Of a stretch of DNA of 31,266 bases, positions 24,472 through 31,266 are shown piece by piece (positions within the stretch are counted from its first letter, which is position 1; each line of letters starts with the position of its first letter). The translations under genes and the position numbers were made by a program. The notes beneath the pieces were generated by a model. It worked only from the letters and a program-made list of their open reading frames with translations, was not told the DNA's origin and did not search any database. Origin of the DNA: a virus (Duplodnaviria; Caudoviricetes); the IMG/VR virus record IMGVR_UViG_3300011334_000170, positions 1 through 31,266 of that record, one strand, 5' to 3'.

Positions 24472-24701
24472 AGCTTTTCAATTTCTTTTTTTACGTTTTG
24501 CCAATATTTATTAGGAATGCTTCCCTCATACCAAACTACATTTGCTTTTAAAATCTCATCAACTGCAATTAATGCACATATTTTTGCAGCAGCATTTGAC
24601 ATTCCACATTCGTCACAAAATAAATCTAAATTAAGATTATTGTAATTATCTAAATCTAAATACTTATCTACTAACTCTAATGCCATTTGTTTCGGTGTCA
24701 T
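24468..24701 (-). CDS. hypothetical phage protein (MTPK..A.ELVDKY…CALIAVDEI…YW..VK.EIEKL)
   Basis: ORF track; ATGA coupling on both sides. Confidence 0.75.
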   Translation of the reverse strand: MTPKQMALELVDKYLDLDNYNNLNLDLFCDECGMSNAAAKICALIAVDEILKANVVWYEGSIPNKYWQNVKKEIEKL

Positions 24702-24949
24702 ATCTTAAATAATTTTAGCGATTGCTCGTGGTTAAACTTTTGTACAAATTTATCATTATAATCAAACTCAAATCCAAAGAAGCTATTGTCATCTGTGTAC
24801 TTGAAAATATAATACCAGTGCCAACATTCAACCTTATTAATCCATTTGCTAGGAACTTGTAAATTCTTTAAAATACCTGACAATCTATAAAGCCTGCCTA
24901 ACTTTGATGGTTGAGGTGTAGATGTTAAATTTAAGTCGGTGGGTTTCAA
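24698..24949 (-). CDS. hypothetical protein (83 aa, TTG start)
   Basis: ORF track; TTGA overlap with the upstream stop. Confidence 0.6.
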   Translation of the reverse strand: MKPTDLNLTSTPQPSKLGRLYRLSGILKNLQVPSKWINKVECWHWYYIFKYTDDNSFFGFEFDYNDKFVQKFNHEQSLKLFKI

Positions 24950-25542
24950 CTTACAAACTCTTTAAAGAATGACAATAATTTATCTTTATATCCAGCATCA
25001 GCAGCATAAGCATCAGCATAAGCATCAGCAGCAGAAGCAGCATAAGCAGCAGCATAAGCATCATCAGCAGCAGCAGCAGAAGAAGCATAAGCATAAGCAT
25101 CAGCATCAGCAGAAGCAGCATAAGCAGCAGCATAAGCAGCAGCATAAGCAGCAGCATAAGCAGCAGCATAAGCAGCAGAAGCAGAAGCAGCAGAAGCAGC
25201 ATTTTTTCTAAAAACTTTTAATTCTTCTAAAGTAATTTCACTTTTTAAATATTTTTGCGATGCTTCAATAGCTTTTCTAGGCGCATCATTATCAGGGTAT
25301 TTATTCTCATAAATAGGCAACACAACCAAAGCACATCCAATAGCAAACTCTTTTTTTTCTAAATCAGTCAATCCTATTGAATTTCTAATAAACCAAGATT
25401 TGTTTTTTAATGGTATTTCGGAATCAAGTATTTCAATAATTGAAATATTATCTTTAACCATAAAAGAACATTTGTTTAATTTTTCTTTTGAGTAACAACC
25501 CTTAAGGTTGTACATTTCTTCTTTTGTAAATTCTGTGTTCAT
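24946..25542 (-). CDS. Imm5-like protein with an Ala/Tyr low-complexity tract
   Basis: FA..CA..VL..YE..YP….PRKAIEA followed by about 70 aa of A/Y/D/S repeats. Confidence 0.65.
   Translation of the reverse strand: MNTEFTKEEMYNLKGCYSKEKLNKCSFMVKDNISIIEILDSEIPLKNKSWFIRNSIGLTDLEKKEFAIGCALVVLPIYENKYPDNDAPRKAIEASQKYLKSEITLEELKVFRKNAASAASASAAYAAAYAAAYAAAYAAAYAASADADAYAYASSAAAADDAYAAAYAASAADAYADAYAADAGYKDKLLSFFKEFVS
24994..25200. repeat. GCA-rich tandem repeat with a 12-nt unit GCAGCAGCATAA (encodes YAAA)
   Basis: About five near-consecutive copies at ~25115-25177 inside a degenerate GCA/TCA/TAA/GAA tract. Confidence 0.9.
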
Positions 25543-25595
25543 TTTTGTAATTGTTTTAAAGTTTCAACAAAGATTAAAAAAGTTTTTTAATTGAA

Positions 25596-25859
25596 CTAAT
25601 TTTTTAACATAAAATCGCACTCGTAGTCTGTCCACACTTTACAATCAAATCCTAAATCGGTTAATTGATTAATTCTTAACTTCTGCAATTCAGACAAAAC
25701 TCCAGTCGATTGCTTCACTTCTATAAAAATAACTTTGCCATCTTTTAGCGCCATTAAATCCATAATTCCGTTGCACGAAGTTTTAATTAGCTTAACGACT
25801 AAATACCCCTTTTCTTCCAACTTCTTTTTTATTTTCGTTTGTAACTTTTGCTCTAGCAT
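25596..25859 (-). CDS. VRR-NUC domain nuclease
   Basis: E..LQ..I…GIMDL…FIEVK…G.LS.LQ, a PD-(D/E)xK signature. Confidence 0.88.
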   Translation of the reverse strand: MLEQKLQTKIKKKLEEKGYLVVKLIKTSCNGIMDLMALKDGKVIFIEVKQSTGVLSELQKLRINQLTDLGFDCKVWTDYECDFMLKN

Positions 25860-25875
25860 CTTTTAAAAGTTTTTT

Positions 25876-26580
25876 TTAAACATAAATAAATGGTAATTTT
25901 CTTTTAGTTCTTCCATTTAGATAATGACTAAAAGCACCATAAGACATTCCAACACTACTTGCAGCCTCTATTACAGTTTCATAAAAAATACCTGTTTCAA
26001 AATTTAAAACAATTTTTGCAAAAGAATTTTGACCTCCTTTTTGTTTTTCGCTTTTTATTTTTTTTGTAGTTTCATTATCCTTTCTTCCAGTTCTACTTAA
26101 AACACTTTTTCTTATTGCTTCTGGACTTCTTTTTAAACCTGTTTGACCAATAGATAAAGACCTAATATGTGATTCGCTTAATTTTTTACCCGTTAATGCT
26201 TTAGATATATTTATTAATCTTTGTTCGGGATTTTTATAAATTGGCTTTATTCCCTTTTTTGATTTAGAAATTTTTAATTTACTTTCTTCACTAAATATTC
26301 CGCTTTTGTCAGAACTTTTTGTTAATCTACAATTTAAACCTTTTTTTAAAACATTGTAATAATCTTGCCAAAACCTTTCACGTTCATTTAATAAATTAAT
26401 ATCACATTCTTCTATAACTTCAAAAATATGATTTTCATAACCGTATTTATTTATAGAATAAAAAATTTTAGTTTGGTTAATTTTTAAATATTTATAATCT
26501 ACAAATCTTTTTGTAATATTAACACTTTGTCCAATATAAATTTTACCACTTGGACTTGTAATTTTGTAAATTCCTATCAT
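25876..26580 (-). CDS. free-standing GIY-YIG homing endonuclease with NUMOD-like repeats
   Basis: GIYKI…YIGQS…R…ERE..W…GLN; repeated SEES/SESH/SPEA-K/R units; C-terminal HTH-like part. Confidence 0.9.
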   Translation of the reverse strand: MIGIYKITSPSGKIYIGQSVNITKRFVDYKYLKINQTKIFYSINKYGYENHIFEVIEECDINLLNERERFWQDYYNVLKKGLNCRLTKSSDKSGIFSEESKLKISKSKKGIKPIYKNPEQRLINISKALTGKKLSESHIRSLSIGQTGLKRSPEAIRKSVLSRTGRKDNETTKKIKSEKQKGGQNSFAKIVLNFETGIFYETVIEAASSVGMSYGAFSHYLNGRTKRKLPFIYV

Positions 26581-26589
26581 AACAAAAAA

Positions 26590-26682
26590 AATTCAAACCT
26601 TTTCGAGATTGCGGCTCTACTGGGGTTTGAATTAAATTATTTTTTTACTTATCAATTCCGCAATAATTGATACACAAATATA
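26590..26682 (-). promoter_or_regulatory. promoter plus kissing-loop 5' leader of the GIY-YIG gene
   Basis: TATATTTG at 26682-26675; two hairpins whose 7-nt loops are complementary (26658-26664 and 26608-26614). Confidence 0.6.
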
Positions 26683-26687
26683 CAAAA

Positions 26688-27947
26688 TTATGCTTTAATT
26701 CTATTGCTTTTTTTTTCTATTTTTTTAATTCCAAAGTTTTTTAGGAATAGGCTAGTTGTGTAATCTTTTTTTGCTAAAACAGTTTTGTATATTGAATTTT
26801 CTATACCATTTTTAGAAAAAATAAAAAATACCTCATTACTTAATCTAGTTTTTTCAGTAAGTCGATCCCTACTTTGCCAATAGCTTACACTAGAGAAGTC
26901 AATATTATAATAGACTAAATACTTTGCCTCTTTTAAAGATATTCCCTCTCTGCCACTTACAATCTGCAAAGCAATACATTTATCGGTTGTATTAAACTCC
27001 TCTAGGTTATCTGTTAACTTATCCGCTAAAATCGATTTTAAAGCGTTCCATTCCTCTTTAAATTTATAAAATATACCAATCTTTACATCTTTAAAATTAT
27101 CCCTTATAAACTCTGCTTTTGAATAGTCAATCACTTTGCTAGTGCCATCTTCAAACTTACACGTTCCACTTGAAAGCTGGTGGACTTTCTGCATTAATTT
27201 AACGCCAGTATCGGCAAGTATTATTTGACCTTGTGAATTTTTTACAACCAAATCTTTTTTTAACCTTTCTATAATTTGATAGGTAATAGGTTTCATTTCA
27301 ACTTCTAAAACCATTTCGTTAACTGTTGAAGTAAAACCCGCTTGCTCTTGAGTAAAAGTTAGGATGAAGTATTTAATTCTCCTTTCAATATGTTTAATAT
27401 CTGCATCGCTATAATCATTCACTTTTGCGTATCCGAGATGCTTAACTTTTACATTTACAAAGTCTGCTGCCCATTTATAAAAGTTTGCATATTCCTTAAA
27501 CGGACTGTTATCGCTAACCCAAAATTGATGATACCATTGCGAGTGCGATTCAGCCGTTGGCGTTCCTGATAGGAATATCATTGGCAAATGCGAATACTTT
27601 TGTTTAAATAGTTTGGCTACTGCGTTTGGCTTAGGGTATGCACCAAATCGATGGTGTTCGTCGTGTATTACCAAATCAAAATCGCCTATAACTTTGTGTA
27701 AACTCTCGTTATTTGCTATTGTTATTTTAAAAGAAAAAACCATCTGGTCATAATCAAATTGAATAGAACTAAATGCTTTTATCTTAGTGAGGAACAAAAC
27801 ATTTTTAGCTCCAAAGTTCTCTGCTGTTTGAAGTGCTGTTAATGTTTTGCCAGTTCTTACTTGCATCGCCAGATAAACCAATCCTTTACGTTTTAATATA
27901 TCGGCTGCTTCATTTGATAGCTTTATTTGATAATCTCTAAGTTCCAT
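26688..27947 (-). CDS. superfamily 2 (SNF2/DEAD-like) helicase
   Basis: LRDYQ, RTGKT, DEHH, LSGTP, GREGISL, QSRDR. Confidence 0.88.
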   Translation of the reverse strand: MELRDYQIKLSNEAADILKRKGLVYLAMQVRTGKTLTALQTAENFGAKNVLFLTKIKAFSSIQFDYDQMVFSFKITIANNESLHKVIGDFDLVIHDEHHRFGAYPKPNAVAKLFKQKYSHLPMIFLSGTPTAESHSQWYHQFWVSDNSPFKEYANFYKWAADFVNVKVKHLGYAKVNDYSDADIKHIERRIKYFILTFTQEQAGFTSTVNEMVLEVEMKPITYQIIERLKKDLVVKNSQGQIILADTGVKLMQKVHQLSSGTCKFEDGTSKVIDYSKAEFIRDNFKDVKIGIFYKFKEEWNALKSILADKLTDNLEEFNTTDKCIALQIVSGREGISLKEAKYLVYYNIDFSSVSYWQSRDRLTEKTRLSNEVFFIFSKNGIENSIYKTVLAKKDYTTSLFLKNFGIKKIEKKSNRIKA

Positions 27948-27949
27948 AA

Positions 27950-30309
27950 TTAAAACATTATATCGTTATCTTCTTCCTCTTTTATTTCTCCGCTTTTAAT
28001 AATAAACCATTGCATACCATTTGAGGTATCGCTTATGTATTCAAAGCCATTGAAAGTGCAAAACTTTTGAACCCATAAATTAAACTTCTTACGAGTGAGC
28101 CATTTTTTAAAGTCTGGGTATTCTTCCGTAAACTTTTCAAATATTGCTTTTTTGTCAAGCCTTTCATTTCTTAATACCACTTCTTCATCCTTAACAAACT
28201 CAAAGAACTCCATCGCAGTTTCAGCGATAAACTTCCGCATCTTAATATTCTTAGCATTTTGTCTTACCAATCCATTATTTAAAAATAACTGTAAACAATG
28301 AACCATATAATTATCAAACTTTTGAAAGTCTATAAGTTCCCAATCATCAAACAACTGTCTTTTAAACTCATCCTCTGGTGTTAAATCTTTACCGTAATAT
28401 TGTGCTATCTCTAACTCATATCTTCTTCTATCGTGGCTATTTCCCTCGCCACGAATAGCATAATTTGTAGATATAACTAACTTAGGACTTTCGTGTACAT
28501 TTAACTTAATAGCATCTTTATTTTTACGCTCTAAAGTCAATCCTTCCGTTACCAAACTAAACTTTTCTTCAAAGTTGAAGTTCTTATAACATCATCAAAT
28601 ACTAATATTTTAGTGTCTAAGGAAACTGTCTGATAAGGGAAAGACTTTTTACCATCGAATAGCTTACCATCAATAATAGATGTTTTTCTAATTTGGCTAA
28701 TACCTTGTACAAATACTCCTTTACCTGTTCCTCCCTCTGGATTCTCGCTAATTACCTCATCATTTAATATAATGGCTTTGTTATTAGAACGGTTTTTATA
28801 AGTTGACATCAAGTAACCTATAACACACTCGGTTGGTAATTCTGTTTCGTTGGAGATGTTTTTTATAAATCTTTGGTAGTCATTCTCAAACTCATCCATC
28901 TCAACAAAATCCCTATCTAAAATGTGGTCTTGCCAAATGTAAAAGTCAATATCAATGTAATCAATTAAATTAATAGTGTTCTTAGTAACCTCTAGCACTC
29001 CATTTTTAAAAGCAATATAAGACTTGTATCTGTCATCATTCAACATCTTTAAATCAATGCTCTCAAGCATCAATAAGAAGTTTTCAGCGAATAAGTTTTG
29101 ATATTTAGCACAATGATTCCAAACTTCAAACTCTTTCTTTTCAAGTACATAATTAAGTACAAAGTCTTTTATTATCTCAACACTTGTAATATTAACTTTG
29201 TTTGAATTGATATAAACCCAAGTAGGTTTTTGGCTGTCATTAGGGTAATGTTTTTTAAATCCATTACGCTCTAAAAAGAACTTATATTTAAGTGGATCAA
29301 CTGTTACCTTTTCCTTACCATTTTTGTCGTAGGTAATGAACCAAAATTCTTCGTGTTCTAATACTTCCTTTAGCTCATCAAAAGTATCCTCCGATATACC
29401 GTGTTTTTTTATAACTGCTTCCTTACCTCTTTTTAAATCAACTCTTACTTTATCAATCTTTTGGTAATCCTCAAAGAACTTACTATCAAAGTTTCTTTTT
29501 TTGTATGCGCTTTTAATTGTGGTGCGCATCTCTGTTTCGGTAAAATCTCCAATAACTACATTATTGTAAATATAGTTTTCAGCACTAGACTGGGTTACTC
29601 CATACTCGCAAAACATACCAGCTAAATCAAATATAAAATTATTTCGTTCTCCATCAACAAAATCCTTTTTCCAATCAAAAGACATTATCTTTTCAATTAT
29701 CTTATCTTCATCTGTAATTGGTATTAAAGGTGTCTTTTCTGATACACTATAACCTACATCAATTAAATTTGGTGCAAATTCAATAGCATCGTAATTAACA
29801 AATATATTTGGATCGTATGATTCATAACATACCCTATCAACATTTGAGCAGTTCTTATCCCAATAGTCGAAATCAAACTCCTTTTGAAATGCAGTAAAAT
29901 ATTTAGGGTGTGTTTCTTTTGTGGCTTTTGGTATTTTAACTACTCCTTTTGTACCGTTACCACTAGGGGAAGTGAATAATAGTATAAAGTGAGGATTACG
30001 CTCCAGTATCGCCCGATGCTCGAGCATAACGTCATCATTTGGGTATTTATCAAAATCTACACACATAAGTCCAGAATGATTGACTAAACCATTTCCAGTA
30101 CGCTCTGCAAACTCTCCAGCAAACAATATACAAGGAAGCGTTGACTTTATCCTATCTGCTTCTTTTTTGTTTGGTGCTGCTCTTACCTTTTTAATAATCT
30201 CGATTGACTTACCAACTTTTACACGTTGGATGATTTTTTCCAAATCTACAATGTATGGTACATCCTTAGATTCAAAAAGGTCTTTAAAAACTGAAATTTT
30301 ATATTCCAT
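27950..30309 (-). CDS. primase-helicase (BT4734/VirE-N-like primase, PriCT-like domain, P-loop), split by a one-base frameshift near 28585
   Basis: K..LP…F.G.F, CVDFD, SPSGNG.K, GERNN, GGTGKG, VFDD. The -1 frame continues KNFNFEEKFSLVTEG…STNY…RR. Confidence 0.8.
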
Positions 30310-30325
30310 AAGTACTTAAAAGGTT

Positions 30326-30411
30326 AATGCCACTCAAACACGCTGGAAGTCGTGAAAGAGTGGCATTGATAAGATTTTCTCAATAGCTTCCAGACTACAA
30401 ATGCAAATATA
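30326..30411 (-). promoter_or_regulatory. promoter plus kissing-loop 5' leader of the primase gene
   Basis: TATATTTG at 30411-30404; hairpin AATGCCACTC/GAGTGGCATT with loop CTGGAAG (30343-30349) complementary to CTTCCAG (30387-30393). Confidence 0.6.
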
Positions 30412-30655
30412 GAAATTAAATTAATATAAAATACAATAGTAAACATTATTTTTAATAGTAAAGATTAAAACACAACAAAAGTGTTAATATTATGTTAACG
30501 TTTTTGAACCTACATTTTTAAATATAACAAAATCAAATACTTATAAATTTAGAGTAAACATAGTAAACATTGTTTTACTTTTTTGATACCCCCCTATCAC
30601 TTTTTATAAGTCTGTTTTCTAGGGGGGTATAGAGAACTAAAAATGTTTACTTTGT
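30412..30655. other. candidate replication origin
   Basis: Non-coding and AT-rich. AGTAAACAT at 30438, 30553 and 30562, inverted at 30643. Perfect 11-bp inverted repeat ATACCCCCCTA (30586-30596) / TAGGGGGGTAT (30620-30630). Confidence 0.55.
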
Positions 30656-30661
30656 ATCAAT

Positions 30662-30687
30662 AAAAAAACCGCTAGTTATAGCGGTTT
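30662..30687 (-). terminator. intrinsic terminator after the SSB-like gene
   Basis: AAACCGCTA/TAGCGGTTT stem followed by a T run on the minus strand. Confidence 0.8.
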
Positions 30688-30709
30688 AATTAGTTGTGTT
30701 GTTTGGCGT

Positions 30710-31266
30710 TTAGAAGTCTAATCCATCTTCATCAGCATCTTGCATATCGTTGAAGTCATTTGCAATATCTCCGTGTAGTACTACTTCAATAGCTGGCTCT
30801 GCTTTGGCTAGGTATGTTTTAAGATATGATTCTAATATGTTAAACGCTTCATCTGCCATATTAGCTTCCTCATCTGAAATAGAGTTTGCAAAAGAGAAAC
30901 TTGGAGTTGAGAACTTAACAGCTCCTTTCTTACCATCTTCGGCTTTAGCTACGATAACCCACTCGTCTGCAAGTCTGTTGCGTGTCTTTTGTGTGAAGTC
31001 TGCCCATTTGCCTACGCAAGCACCTTTGAATTTAATGTTTGCTAGTGATCCATCCTCTAGCATTACATAAATAGATTTGTGATATTTAGCTCCAGCAGTT
31101 ACAACTTGATCTTTAATATCTTTGTATAATCCTTTTGCTATTTCGGTAGTAACGCTTTCGCCTTTTACGTTTTTGTGATAACATTTAGCAATTAGCGTTT
31201 CTTTTGAGATGAACTTAACTTCGTTTGAAATTATGTTACCTGTTAAAGCATCGCTCCATCCTTTTA
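30710..31266 (-). CDS. putative single-stranded DNA-binding protein, 5'-truncated by the window edge
   Basis: The frame is open to the edge (KGWSDALTGNIISNEVK…YHKSIYVMLEDG). Acidic tail ending DEDGLDF; located in the replication module. Confidence 0.65.
   Translation of the reverse strand, partial: KGWSDALTGNIISNEVKFISKETLIAKCYHKNVKGESVTTEIAKGLYKDIKDQVVTAGAKYHKSIYVMLEDGSLANIKFKGACVGKWADFTQKTRNRLADEWVIVAKAEDGKKGAVKFSTPSFSFANSISDEEANMADEAFNILESYLKTYLAKAEPAIEVVLHGDIANDFNDMQDADEDGLDF

Noticed and set aside
24951-25211. Poly-Leu/Met (minus) and poly-Gln/His/Lys (plus) ORFs
   Set aside because: Alternate-frame readings of the Ala-codon repeat.
25860-26690. Group I intron around the GIY-YIG gene
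   Set aside because: The flanking genes look complete, and the non-coding flanks are too short for an intron core.
1-31266. Integrase, repressor, tRNA or rRNA genes
   Set aside because: None were recognised, so lifestyle and the cassette recombinase cannot be determined from this window.

Overview
The window is about 31 kb of an AT-rich tailed phage or prophage with a long non-contractile tail gene set. The host is most likely Bacteroidota/Flavobacteriaceae, judged from TAnnTTTG promoters and A-rich start regions without obvious Shine-Dalgarno sites. On the minus strand, reading from the right end, are: a replication module (SSB-like protein, candidate origin, split primase-helicase, SF2 helicase, GIY-YIG endonuclease, VRR-NUC); a run of small accessory genes; an ECF-like sigma factor; terminase; a rearranged virion module with most tail genes before the head genes and the portal far from the terminase; a tail fibre; and a lysis module (holin-like protein, GH24 lysozyme, metallophosphoesterase, u-spanin). 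The most striking feature is at 1-1413 on the + strand: an integron-like array of gene cassettes. The genes are separated by attC-like hairpins (AAC...GTT), and each gene is bracketed by its own private 14-15 bp inverted repeat. Each hairpin loop carries the next gene's start codon, and one cassette encodes a C5 DNA methyltransferase. No recombinase is present in the window. Other notable signals are a recurring kissing-loop 5' leader (two copies with the same geometry but unrelated sequence), a three-copy candidate late promoter fixed 29 nt before ATG, a -1 frameshift site in the tail chaperone, and two interrupted essential-looking genes. All product calls come from reading motifs and gene context; no database searches were run.
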